Source: a virus. From it: a DNA stretch of 64,000 bases. Made by a program: the position numbers and the translations under genes. The stretch covers positions 7,182 through 71,181 of the IMG/VR virus record IMGVR_UViG_3300035670_000159; one strand, 5' to 3'. Within the stretch, counting starts at the first letter, position 1. Every line of letters starts with the position of its first letter. This document shows, piece by piece, positions 1 to 9,101 of the stretch. The notes beneath the pieces were generated by a model, which was not told the origin of the DNA, ran no database searches, and was given only the letters and a program-made list of their open reading frames with translations.

Positions 1-259
1 ATCTCGATTATCCCGGAGATAATCAATAATATTATCTTCCCGGATTAATTCCCGGATTTTCCGGGGTTCCCTATGCCATCTCAATTCTATACCTCTGTGG
101 AGGTTTTTGATTTTCAGAGAGATGTGAGGATTTTTATTTACGAACTATTGCCATTCCAAACCTATAGCCTGTATAGGAATTTTCGGAGTGTGAGGTTTTG
201 CGGTTCAACTCTATAACCAAATAAATTTACTTCAAGCCATAAGGATTTTCAAAAACAAG

Positions 260-308
260 AAATCCCTTGAATATTTCCTCAATCAAGAAGAAGTATTTCA
301 AGGGATTT
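260..308 (-). terminator. probable intrinsic terminator for leftward early genes
   Basis: AAATCCCTTGAA (260-271) / TTCAAGGGATTT (297-308) inverted repeat, followed on the - strand by CTTGTTTTT, just after the stop at 312; loop is long. Confidence 0.45.
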
Positions 309-311
309 TCA

Positions 312-635
312 TTAAGCACTAATCTTACCTTCACGGAGTTCTTGAGCGATCTTGCGGAGCCACTCAGAGCGTGTGAATGGAAGTAATTTCATAGTTCCAC
401 AGAATGTCCAAGTTCCGGTATCAGAAATACCGTCTTGTTGTAGGAGAGGTTCTAGGAATTCTCGCGCTAGGTTGTCCGCCTCAAATGAAGTAAGAATATA
501 AGGTTTACCCTCAATTGCACTCGCAAGAGCATAACAACAATAAGTCTCAGTATCAAGCCGTCCAATAGCTTCTTCTAGTACTTCTGGTGTAATTTGTTTG
601 TTTTTAGCGCTCGTAACAGCGTTACTCTCTTTCAT
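312..635 (-). CDS. hypothetical protein
   Basis: ORF, AAGGA RBS, co-oriented with neighbours. Confidence 0.7.
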   Translation of the reverse strand: MKESNAVTSAKNKQITPEVLEEAIGRLDTETYCCYALASAIEGKPYILTSFEADNLAREFLEPLLQQDGISDTGTWTFCGTMKLLPFTRSEWLRKIAQELREGKISA

Positions 636-644
636 AGTTTATCC

Positions 645-1019
645 TTATTCATCTTTAGCAAGGAATTCTTCGTACATGCTTTGCATCCATGCTTTTCTTG
701 TTGTCTGGAGTTTACGCCCTGCATTAGCACGGGTTTCTGCTTGAGTAATTCCATGTTTGCCCCACAACCACTCTTCAAAGGTACCATACCCTTGTAGACG
801 TGTCTTGATAACAGTGTGCAATCCAGTTTTATTCTCGGGTTTGTTCCAATTCTTCTCAAGCGTAACACGACTGATGCAGTGACAGATGAAAGGGTTAAGG
901 TCGTATTCTTCATCTGATTCTAATGTATAAGTAGGACTAAGATACTTCATAGCCTCCTTGAGCACTTCATGCTTCTTAGTGACACCTTCTTTGTACACGA
1001 ACTTTTTACTCTTTGACAT
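645..1019 (-). CDS. hypothetical protein
   Basis: ORF with AAGGAG RBS. Confidence 0.75.
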   Translation of the reverse strand: MSKSKKFVYKEGVTKKHEVLKEAMKYLSPTYTLESDEEYDLNPFICHCISRVTLEKNWNKPENKTGLHTVIKTRLQGYGTFEEWLWGKHGITQAETRANAGRKLQTTRKAWMQSMYEEFLAKDE

Positions 1020-1290
1020 ACAGAATACTCCTTAAAGGTTGCCTTTAAGAGCGCTCGTAGCAGAGCTACTAAGCGTAACCGATAAGTTCAGTTACTTTCT
1101 CTCTTTCGGCACGATTGATGAAAGTCCTAGTTTATACCGAAACTGCAATGAAATCAAGACCTTGGATAGCATTTCCACCAAGAAATTTGAAAAGCCACAG
1201 GACTTTTCGGAGGCGACGGCAGAATGCCTAGCCGTCTTTCCATTTCCTACACAATATTTGAACTCAGCCCAAGAAATGCTACAAAATCCT

Positions 1291-1470
1291 TCAGAACCTA
1301 AATTCCACCTCGACCTTTACCGTATTAGGCAAGGGATTTTTCAGCATTTGCACAGAATCTAAACTCACGTAATCAACATGCGTTTCAGTCTCTTCTTCAA
1401 ACTGCTGAATAAGACTCAAGATATCTTGTTGCAGCTTATCACGAAGTTCTTTTGCTTTTTGGATTTCCAT
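1291..1470 (-). CDS. hypothetical protein (59 aa, MEIQKAKELRDK...)
   Basis: read manually, below the ORF-track cutoff; GAAAGGA RBS. Confidence 0.6.
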   Translation of the reverse strand: MEIQKAKELRDKLQQDILSLIQQFEEETETHVDYVSLDSVQMLKNPLPNTVKVEVEFRF

Positions 1471-1498
1471 TTTGGTTTCCTTTCAAAATAATTACAAT

Positions 1499-1861
1499 TT
1501 AAGATTCTACAAACTCTTCCAAGCCTTGAGTATAAGCCAACAACTGCTTCTCTGTCAACACATCTTCTGGTTTAACCTCATTCCCTTCATGGTCTTCTAC
1601 AGAGATGACTTCCCATGATTTCAGCTCTACATAGCCATGATAGTCCAAATCTGAAGCCCATGTTGTAGGATCAGGGGGCGTTACCTCCCAGATGCATTCT
1701 ACTGTTGTAAACAACTCGTATTCTTCGCCCCAGGCATCTTCATACGCGAAGTAATATTGCTTGAGATCTGTATCAAAATAGCTGCGCTTATTCTTGGGTG
1801 TGTCGTAGTACATATCAAAATCTTCTTCGTTGTAGTGATCAAGGTTGTCAAAGTGCTGCAT
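1499..1861 (-). CDS. acidic hypothetical protein
   Basis: ORF with AAGGAG RBS; D/E/Y-rich. Confidence 0.75.
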   Translation of the reverse strand: MQHFDNLDHYNEEDFDMYYDTPKNKRSYFDTDLKQYYFAYEDAWGEEYELFTTVECIWEVTPPDPTTWASDLDYHGYVELKSWEVISVEDHEGNEVKPEDVLTEKQLLAYTQGLEEFVES

Positions 1862-2058
1862 CGTGTTCTCCTTTAGTTCATTTCAAAATTAGGAAAACTT
1901 TTGTCTTTTCGTTTAAGAAATTTTATTATCTAATGATTCAAGAAAGGCGTTAGCGGCTTCAAGTTCTTGACTCCATGCTGCTGTACTTTGCCATGAAGAT
2001 ATGTAAGCGTTGTTTAAAGCCTCTGTGAGACTCTTCAACAGTTCGATAGCATCTTTGT

Positions 2059-2250
2059 TCATCCCCTTTCCCTTTCAATTGCTTCTGTTGCACCAATGTC
2101 ATACCCTTGATTATAGCACTCTTCAGCAAACTTCTCCAGCTTAGAAATCAATCGCATATGCGCTGGATGATTATAATCCGAAGAGGACTTAGGTTCTGGA
2201 TAGAGAAGCCCTAGAGATTCTGCTAGGGTGATGATTTCTTGTCGGGTCAT
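2059..2250 (-). CDS. hypothetical protein
   Basis: ATGA-coupled to neighbours. Confidence 0.65.
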   Translation of the reverse strand: MTRQEIITLAESLGLLYPEPKSSSDYNHPAHMRLISKLEKFAEECYNQGYDIGATEAIERERG

Positions 2251-2489
2251 TCTATGTCCTTTAACATCTTTTCAACTTCTTGCCCCTTCAGCATTGCAGT
2301 AACATCCTCAAGCAAATCCCGCCACATTCTTTCTTGCATATCAAGATAGAAGGCATCAGTATCCGTAAGGTCTTCTGCGTCAATACAGCCAAGTAACTGC
2401 AATTGCGTATTCTTGATATGTCGTGTGCAGGTATCTCGGATATCCTCCAAGGACTTACAGCGGATTTCGCAGTAGCGTTCTTTATTCAT
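2247..2489 (-). CDS. hypothetical protein
   Basis: tightly packed ORF. Confidence 0.65.
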   Translation of the reverse strand: MNKERYCEIRCKSLEDIRDTCTRHIKNTQLQLLGCIDAEDLTDTDAFYLDMQERMWRDLLEDVTAMLKGQEVEKMLKDIE

Positions 2490-2490
2490 C

Positions 2491-3096
2491 TCAACCCCAA
2501 TTCAACTTAGCCAACTCAGCTTCAAGTTCTTTCTTTCGCTGTTGCTTGAGCTCATCTTGAACTTTACCTTTGTACTTATTGAAGATACTCCAGAAGGCTT
2601 CATAGACTGCTTTGGAGTTCTCTTCTGAGAAGTACATACTATGGTTTACCGTATCACAATACTTCGGATCAAAAGATTTAAGTTCATCCCAGAAGGCGTT
2701 GAACGTTTCGATAGGATAAGTGCTAGTTAAAGCACTACCAAATGTGTATGCACCACTAGGAAAACTAATGCAGTACAGCCACTCACCTTCTGGTTGTCGT
2801 CCATCGTCAGACCATGAAATCTTACGAACTTCGCCATCCATGTAGTATACACGAGTCCAATTGTCGTAGGCACCTTGGACATTGTAATAACCATATGTAC
2901 CACTAAGAGGGATGCCGAATTTTTCGGAAATCTCCAGACGTTCAAGCGTATCAATTACGTTTTTCAAATCATAATCGTGCTTAAACTCTTCTGGGTATTT
3001 CTCAATAACACTTTGGAGTTCTTTGTAGGCTTGGATTTGTTTGTTCATGTCTTTTCCTTTATTCGTTAATGCCGTCTTATTCAATTCATCATTCAT
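2491..3096 (-). CDS. hypothetical protein
   Basis: 201-aa ORF in operon. Confidence 0.75.
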   Translation of the reverse strand: MNDELNKTALTNKGKDMNKQIQAYKELQSVIEKYPEEFKHDYDLKNVIDTLERLEISEKFGIPLSGTYGYYNVQGAYDNWTRVYYMDGEVRKISWSDDGRQPEGEWLYCISFPSGAYTFGSALTSTYPIETFNAFWDELKSFDPKYCDTVNHSMYFSEENSKAVYEAFWSIFNKYKGKVQDELKQQRKKELEAELAKLNWG

Positions 3097-3754
3097 AAAT
3101 AGCTTTCAATCGGAGATATTCTTGATACTCTGGTGAGTTGATCTTCGTAATATTCTTCTGGAAAGTATTCCAGCTTGATGTAGCTACAACCCAACCAGAA
3201 GCATCCCAAGCCTCTTTAATCTCTTGCATACTGTACCGAGGCTCTTCCTTGAGTTCTTCCTTCTTGTCAGCAGGAGCCTCCAAGCTTTGAGGGATTATTT
3301 CTCGGATACCGTATTCTTCTGGACACGCCAATGCTTCTTCATCCCAATCTTGCCATCCTTCATCATATTCAGATTTATGATAACCTAATATGGGTTTATC
3401 GCTTCTGATACCTGTAGAAATAGTCTCGTGCAAAAACTCCAACGTACAGCAAATAAACTCCTCGCCGTTATTGCAGATGATCTTGTCGCCGGGTTGTGGG
3501 TTGAATTTGTTTGTCATAGCAGTTTTCTCCTCTGATTCGGGGTTGTAGATAAGTTTATTAAGATCGTAATAAGAATAGTCTACACCGTTAAATTTTCCGT
3601 CGTTCGTGAGGGTGCTATAGCCGCCTCCTTCGGTGTTCTCACCAATCCACGGGAAATCTACAGAGCCTGAAGGGTTTCTATTGATTGTCCTTCGGATACC
3701 TACATTGTCTTCCCAAATCTGACCTTCTTTAAGTTCAATTCCGTTTACTGGCAT
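3089..3754 (-). CDS. hypothetical protein
   Basis: 221-aa ORF with AAGGAG RBS. Confidence 0.7.
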   Translation of the reverse strand: MPVNGIELKEGQIWEDNVGIRRTINRNPSGSVDFPWIGENTEGGGYSTLTNDGKFNGVDYSYYDLNKLIYNPESEEKTAMTNKFNPQPGDKIICNNGEEFICCTLEFLHETISTGIRSDKPILGYHKSEYDEGWQDWDEEALACPEEYGIREIIPQSLEAPADKKEELKEEPRYSMQEIKEAWDASGWVVATSSWNTFQKNITKINSPEYQEYLRLKAIYE

Positions 3755-4278
3755 TTAAATCTCCTTATAAAAACATGCTGATGAATGACTTTAACACGTT
3801 CAAACTTCCTTGTCCATGAATTCTTCACCTTCTTGTGAGCGTAATACAACGTTCCTTCCGGTAGATCATTTTTAAGAGTTCCTTGAGCAGTCAACTCTGA
3901 GAGATAGTGTATCTTCTGTAGAACTTCCTTGTCAAGAGAATTCTTTATCTTGATGGGCTTCATCTGTCCGGGTTGCAGGTCGTTTCTATACGAGAACTGC
4001 TTAGGTTGCTGCACTACGCCACAGAAGGACGATGGGAAACCTTTAGCTTCTTTCCTATTCTTGATGACTTGAAGGACTGCACGTATACCTTCCTCGGGTT
4101 GATTAGCAGCTTCATGATATGCAGCTTCAGTCAAGCATTGAACTTCTTTTTGGTACTGCGTAGTACCAATAAGAACCCCTCCAGACTCTCTACTCTTTGA
4201 AGGAATAGAAAGAAAGGAGGGGAATGAAATCCCGAGAATAAAAATGAAAATCAACCAAGAAATTTGAAATTTACGCAT
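3745..4278 (-). CDS. SleB/Hydrolase_2-like cell-wall hydrolase with N-terminal membrane anchor
   Basis: CLTEAAYHEA...AVLQVIKNR...FPSSFCGVVQQPKQFS...LYY...HVF motif set; hydrophobic N-terminus; TAATG overlap with upstream stop. Confidence 0.85.
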   Translation of the reverse strand: MRKFQISWLIFIFILGISFPSFLSIPSKSRESGGVLIGTTQYQKEVQCLTEAAYHEAANQPEEGIRAVLQVIKNRKEAKGFPSSFCGVVQQPKQFSYRNDLQPGQMKPIKIKNSLDKEVLQKIHYLSELTAQGTLKNDLPEGTLYYAHKKVKNSWTRKFERVKVIHQHVFIRRFKCQ

Positions 4279-4454
4279 TACCAAAATGCCTGGCCTTCTT
4301 CAAATCCTTCATCGTAACTGTCTTTAATAATATTCAACAAATCCTCAAGCTGTTCCCAATCAAACTGAGCCAACAATGCACTGAAACGAATTGGGTTGTA
4401 ATCAATACCTTTAACGTCTAGGTATTCTGTAATGTCTTTAGAAGTCGTAGTCAT
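4278..4454 (-). CDS. hypothetical protein (58 aa)
   Basis: read manually; ATGA and TAATG coupling on both sides. Confidence 0.6.
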   Translation of the reverse strand: MTTTSKDITEYLDVKGIDYNPIRFSALLAQFDWEQLEDLLNIIKDSYDEGFEEGQAFW

Positions 4455-4669
4455 TCTTCATCCTCTCGGTGATAACCAAGAACAGCATGTTCGTAGTCAG
4501 CTTCATTGTAATAAGCCTCTCCGTCTTTATAAAAAGGTTGATTGTCAATCTCTGGTTCGTTATCTACGCAGTATTCCATATTGTCCAACCAATTCACATA
4601 AAAGCATTCTCCTGGATTGTCCAGAGAAAGCCTCTGAGCTAGTTTTTCAGCTTCTTTGTAGTTCATCAA
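4451..4669 (-). CDS. hypothetical protein
   Basis: ORF coupled to neighbours. Confidence 0.65.
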   Translation of the reverse strand: MMNYKEAEKLAQRLSLDNPGECFYVNWLDNMEYCVDNEPEIDNQPFYKDGEAYYNEADYEHAVLGYHREDEE

Positions 4670-5015
4670 TGAAACCTTTCTTTATCAAATACGTTAATAA
4701 TCAACTCATTCAGCGTCAAGTCCTCGTCTAGCACTTCGCTAAGATTCTTCAGCAATTGTACTTCATTCCTACCGATTGCCGCAAGAGCTTCAATACTGAA
4801 ATACTTCGGATTGATCTTCATGATGGATGTGGTCATGACGTAGATGATTAGTTTTGCTGTGTCTAACTCAGTCACCATCAATCTCCGATAGCAAGTCTGC
4901 AAGATTCTCAATATGTATCGTAAGTACACATCCACGTTCTTCGTGGAGTTTTACAATTTCACGAAGTAACTGAAGCAGTTCATTTTCTTGGTCTATAGTC
5001 ATACATTTTCCTTTC

Positions 5016-5438
5016 TTAATTACCATTGAACTTCAGATGATACAACTCCGCTTTCAATAAGTCGATATCCTGTACTAACTTTTTAATCTGCTCATACTGA
5101 ATCTCTCGCATCTCTTCTGAGTATACCAGACAACTTCTAGCAATCATCAAGTCATCCTCAAGAGATTGAAGTTCTTCCATGAGTTCACAGACCTTATCAT
5201 CATAAGCACTCTCAACAACCCTGAGGTACTTCCAAGGGATGCACCAATACCGTCCTTGGAAAGTCTCCATAAGGTTTCCATCTTTACTTCGCTTCTCTGC
5301 AGGGAATTCTACCACGCAGGACATAAAACTCAAGGACTCTCGGACAATCCCTTTGGAGTATACCAAGCCAGGGAAGGGGCAACCGGGGAGAACTTCAATG
5401 ACATCAAGCTCCTTTACAGGGAGTTGTTTACTACTCAT
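5016..5438 (-). CDS. hypothetical protein with C-terminal coiled coil
   Basis: ORF 5016..5558; likely start MSSKQLP at 5438. Confidence 0.6.
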   Translation of the reverse strand: MSSKQLPVKELDVIEVLPGCPFPGLVYSKGIVRESLSFMSCVVEFPAEKRSKDGNLMETFQGRYWCIPWKYLRVVESAYDDKVCELMEELQSLEDDLMIARSCLVYSEEMREIQYEQIKKLVQDIDLLKAELYHLKFNGN

Positions 5439-5585
5439 GTTCGCCCCGCTTGCGTGAACGCTCTTTTGAGTAGTCTTTCTTTTTCGATTTATCTTTACTC
5501 TTTTCTTTATAGGGTTGCTTGTCTTTGCCAGAACCAACCAAAGAGCGAGTAGGGACAAAGCCAGAGAGGGTTTCTTTATTTGTTT

Positions 5586-5861
5586 TCATTTCGTAGTAAT
5601 GTTATAAACCTTAGATTCTCCACCAATCTCTACAAAAGCAACTTCTGTAGGACTCGGAACCACAGGAAAGTACTCCTTATTCACAGCATCTACTTTCTGT
5701 TGTGCTTCCTCAAGACTAAGATCACATTCTACACAAAACAAAGGCTCATAGTTATCATCCACTGCGAACACATTGAAAAGTGCCTTATTTGTAGGGCTTC
5801 GTTTGATCAAATACCCTGCGATTTCATCAGGGTGGATTTGTTGGATATCTTCGTTTTGCAC
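5586..5861 (-). CDS. hypothetical protein
   Basis: AAGGAG RBS, GTG start. Confidence 0.65.
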   Translation of the reverse strand: MQNEDIQQIHPDEIAGYLIKRSPTNKALFNVFAVDDNYEPLFCVECDLSLEEAQQKVDAVNKEYFPVVPSPTEVAFVEIGGESKVYNITTK

Positions 5862-6056
5862 ATGTACTCCTTTGCATTACCAGTATTTACTAACCCGACT
5901 ATCCTCTTCAAGATAACCGCTCTGTTTGAGATTATACCCCAGAGTCTCTAGGACTTCAACTTCATCGTCTTTTCCTACGTAATAAAAGAAGTCCTCTCCT
6001 TCTGCTTGTCGTGTTGGGACAACGCCATAGTTTTTATTCTTTTCTTTTGGCAAGTT

Positions 6057-6407
6057 TTAGGCCCCCATCTCTTTTTCAAGTGCTTCAATCCGAGCAAGAC
6101 GCTCTTGCAATTCTTTCTTCTCTGCTACAAGGGCTTCATCTGCTTTCTTCAGAAGCAAGTCCAAAGCAGCTTGGGAAAGTTCAGCGAAGTGCCCTTTGAT
6201 GACTTCAGACAAAGCCCAGTCGAACTTAGCATCACTCCAGTAATTCTGAGCACTGGGGTTTGATTGGTGGCAGATTTCAGTATTCACTTCGCACTTAGTT
6301 AGCCTACCAACAGAACCATCTCGAAAGTGCAGTTGAGGGGCACCGATTTTATCAATGTACTTCACTGCTGCTTGGTGCAGTTTATAGAGGTTATCTGCGT
6401 CTGTCAT
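6057..6407 (-). CDS. hypothetical protein
   Basis: AAGGAG RBS. Confidence 0.75.
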   Translation of the reverse strand: MTDADNLYKLHQAAVKYIDKIGAPQLHFRDGSVGRLTKCEVNTEICHQSNPSAQNYWSDAKFDWALSEVIKGHFAELSQAALDLLLKKADEALVAEKKELQERLARIEALEKEMGA

Positions 6408-6417
6408 ATTTTACTCC

Positions 6418-7437
6418 TTATCGTTCATTAGTTCCAATAGTCTTCGTAATGCAACCCAATCCGTTGCAGTGCTGGCATTCTACCACAGGTTTGTTAATCT
6501 CTTGCATCAAATCCTTCAAATATTGCTGAATGTACTCATAAAGTTCTTGCAAGCTATTAGCCTCCCAAGGTTCAATACAAGTGTATCCATTATACCCACC
6601 TCCGTGGTGAGCACCCTTCCAAGTCATCTCAAAGATTTTCTGTTGCTTTGTCGTCTTGGTTGCTGTAGTGAATCGTGGAGGCTTGTAGCTACGCAAAGAA
6701 GATGTGAACTTTTCAGTCTTGACTTCGTAGGGCTTAGTCTCAATGACTTTTTCTACTGTAAAGCAAAAATCATAATTACTTGTTACACGAGCTACCTTGC
6801 CGTCAACATTATTCAGGATATGAGCACGAACGATCTTGTAGACTTGTTCGCTTGTCAAGGAACAAGGACGAGTGTGCAAGAGGAAGTCCGGTGTAAGCAT
6901 TCGCTCAATATCAGCAAAGACAGCAACCTTGCTCAAGTCCTGTACTTGAAGTTTACCACCGTAATTACCATCTTGAACTTGAATCTTCATTTCTGAAGGA
7001 GCTTCGTAGTTTTCGATGTGCAAGTCACGGAGTTTGTAAACCTCTACCTCCACAGGGACAATCTCTGCGGGAAGTTCAGTGTAATCAGCTTGATAGAGAC
7101 TGGCTAGACTTGCATAAGCACCATGATAGGTGTACTCATCCTCATCAGAGTCCCATACTTGACAAAGCTGCTGCATTGTAAGGGTCAAAGGAATCTTCTC
7201 TGAAGCAAGTTCAGGGTTGATCAACTTCCAGCCGGTTTGTTCTTTCTTCGGCGGATTGCGCTTCTTGAAATCCTTGAGCTCACCTTCAAAATGATACCAC
7301 CCGTTGTTAGGCACAAGAGAAGTAACATCCTTGCCGTTGATTTCAACGATGTTTAGTGCTTGAAGGTTCTGGTAAGACCAAGACGAGTCAATCTTGAAAA
7401 ATACTCCAATGTTTGTTGAGTAGTATTGGATTTTCAT
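6418..7437 (-). CDS. hypothetical protein with C-terminal CxxCxGxG motif
   Basis: 339-aa ORF; CQHCNGLG near C-terminus. Confidence 0.8.
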   Translation of the reverse strand: MKIQYYSTNIGVFFKIDSSWSYQNLQALNIVEINGKDVTSLVPNNGWYHFEGELKDFKKRNPPKKEQTGWKLINPELASEKIPLTLTMQQLCQVWDSDEDEYTYHGAYASLASLYQADYTELPAEIVPVEVEVYKLRDLHIENYEAPSEMKIQVQDGNYGGKLQVQDLSKVAVFADIERMLTPDFLLHTRPCSLTSEQVYKIVRAHILNNVDGKVARVTSNYDFCFTVEKVIETKPYEVKTEKFTSSLRSYKPPRFTTATKTTKQQKIFEMTWKGAHHGGGYNGYTCIEPWEANSLQELYEYIQQYLKDLMQEINKPVVECQHCNGLGCITKTIGTNER

Positions 7438-7559
7438 TTATGACCTTTCAAATATTCCTAAAACTAACACCCCTGATAACATCAGGACTCTTCTTCATCT
7501 GCTGTAGATGCCACTCCAAGTGCTCCTTTGGTGTATCAAAAGAACGATCAACAAAGCCT

Positions 7560-7790
7560 TTAGAGGTCTTCTCTTGGAAGGAGATTCGGTGGGTTTTGAC
7601 TTGTGTCTTTTTCATCTTTACTTTTTAGTGAATCAATATGGTTAAGCATAGCATGAATGAACTTACTAAAGCGGAAGTCCTCGTAACCTACTTCCCAGTG
7701 TTCACCATGTCTACGAATGTCCAAGATTGTACCATAGTCTTCGTGTCGGTCTATTTCGTATTTACCGTCTTCAAAGGAATAAGTTTTCAC
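7560..7790 (-). CDS. hypothetical protein
   Basis: GTGA-coupled ORF. Confidence 0.6.
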   Translation of the reverse strand: MKTYSFEDGKYEIDRHEDYGTILDIRRHGEHWEVGYEDFRFSKFIHAMLNHIDSLKSKDEKDTSQNPPNLLPREDL

Positions 7791-8026
7791 AGAACCTCCG
7801 TTTCAATGTGTTCATGAAGTTCAGTATAGCCTACATTTCCAATCCCTTCAACAAAAGATTGATCAAGTCGTGCAACGTATTGTCCTGCGTGTTCAAACAA
7901 GTCATCTACAGAATCAACAGGGAACATATAAGAGCTAAACTCTTCGAGATGTTCTTCGGTCAACATATCATCAGGGATATCCACTTCGATTTCTTTTGTG
8001 ATGGTTACGAGTACAGTCTTTTTCAT
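7787..8026 (-). CDS. acidic hypothetical protein
   Basis: GAAAGGA RBS. Confidence 0.7.
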   Translation of the reverse strand: MKKTVLVTITKEIEVDIPDDMLTEEHLEEFSSYMFPVDSVDDLFEHAGQYVARLDQSFVEGIGNVGYTELHEHIETEVL

Positions 8027-8040
8027 ATATTTCCTTTCAA

Positions 8041-8135
8041 ACTGATTTAAACGCCTTTTAAGCCCTTCTAGTACCTTCAGGCTACCTACCCCTTAGTCAA
8101 TGGGTTTAAGGGGCTTCTAGGTGCCTTTAAAGCGA
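8041..8135. repeat. dispersed helically phased element, copy 1
   Basis: TTAA/CTAG at 8047, 8058, 8068 and 8106, 8117, 8127 around core TCAGGCTACCTACCCCTTA (8077-8095). Confidence 0.7.
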
Positions 8136-8167
8136 TAACAGACCTGTCGGGGATGTGTCTTTGGGTT

Positions 8168-8377
8168 TTAGAGGCTTTTGTAAATCCCTGCAAGCATCTC
8201 TTCCAGCAAATCCTGCTCATCTGAAGAAATATCTTCTACACCAGCGATAGCCTTACCTACGGTGTAGCTGTTACTACACAGCATAAAGAACAGATTGTAC
8301 TCCTCTTGCCTCTCAATCGTAATCTTAAGCTCGATAGGTTGGAATGCTGGTTGGGTTGATGTTTTGTTTACTTTCAT
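8168..8377 (-). CDS. hypothetical protein
   Basis: AAGGA RBS before MKVNK. Confidence 0.65.
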   Translation of the reverse strand: MKVNKTSTQPAFQPIELKITIERQEEYNLFFMLCSNSYTVGKAIAGVEDISSDEQDLLEEMLAGIYKSL

Positions 8378-8387
8378 TTGGTTTCCT

Positions 8388-8564
8388 TTATTTCTTTGCA
8401 CAAACATAAGTGATATTCTTCACAGTACCGCCAGCCATCTTGACAGCAGCTTCACCAGCAGCCTTGCAAGTCTCAGCAGAGGAGAACTCCGCAGTTGTCA
8501 AAGCATTGGAGTTGCCACTGCCCATAAGACCGACATGAGCAAAGAGAATTAGAACGTAGATCAT
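8388..8564 (-). CDS. small exported protein with two Cys
   Basis: hydrophobic N-terminus MIYVLILFAH; FSSAETC...YVC. Confidence 0.65.
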   Translation of the reverse strand: MIYVLILFAHVGLMGSGNSNALTTAEFSSAETCKAAGEAAVKMAGGTVKNITYVCAKK

Positions 8565-8732
8565 TGTGTTTCCTTTCGTTTGTTTAGAAGCCTCAAGCAT
8601 ACAACTCTTCAATCATCTTTGCAAGTTCTTTTTCAGCTTGTTGTTTATACATCCCTTGAGAGATTTGCTTGTCTGCAAAGAAGATGTAGTACATACAGCG
8701 GTGTTTGCGGAGGTGGTACATGGGTTAGTCCT

Positions 8733-9086
8733 TTAGTTAAGATGGTTTGATCTTAGCACATTAAGTCTTGTTGTCAAGCGAAGCCCGCCAGGGCTAGCGG
8801 TTTCGTCAAGGGCTTGTTTGAAATCTGCACTACTTATCAATTTATGTAGTGAATTTGCAACAATCTCACAACTGCCGTCATGTAGAACACTCACAGCATG
8901 ACTCATGTACTTGCAATTATAAGGTGTGTCAGGCTCTACACCTAGCTTCAAAGAGTATGTTTGAATTCTAGGGTCAAAGTAAACTTCATACACATCTTCT
9001 TCATCAAACGTCATGTTACCAGCAAGAGATACGAAGTCTCCTTCTTTAATTTCTGTTCCGTTCTTATCAAATAGTCCTGTAAGCAT
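8733..9086 (-). CDS. YopX-like protein
   Basis: TGLFDKNGTEIKEGDFV matches the YopX TGLxDKNGxEIyEGD motif. Confidence 0.65.
   Translation of the reverse strand: MLTGLFDKNGTEIKEGDFVSLAGNMTFDEEDVYEVYFDPRIQTYSLKLGVEPDTPYNCKYMSHAVSVLHDGSCEIVANSLHKLISSADFKQALDETASPGGLRLTTRLNVLRSNHLN
8773..8810 (-). repeat. CTTGAC-hairpin-CTTGAC element, copy A, ending in a TTGACA promoter
   Basis: - strand CTTGACGAAACCGCTAGCCCTGGCGGGCTTCGCTTGAC; similar to 10862-10896. Confidence 0.6.
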
Positions 9087-9101
9087 TCAGTTCTCCTTTG
9101 T

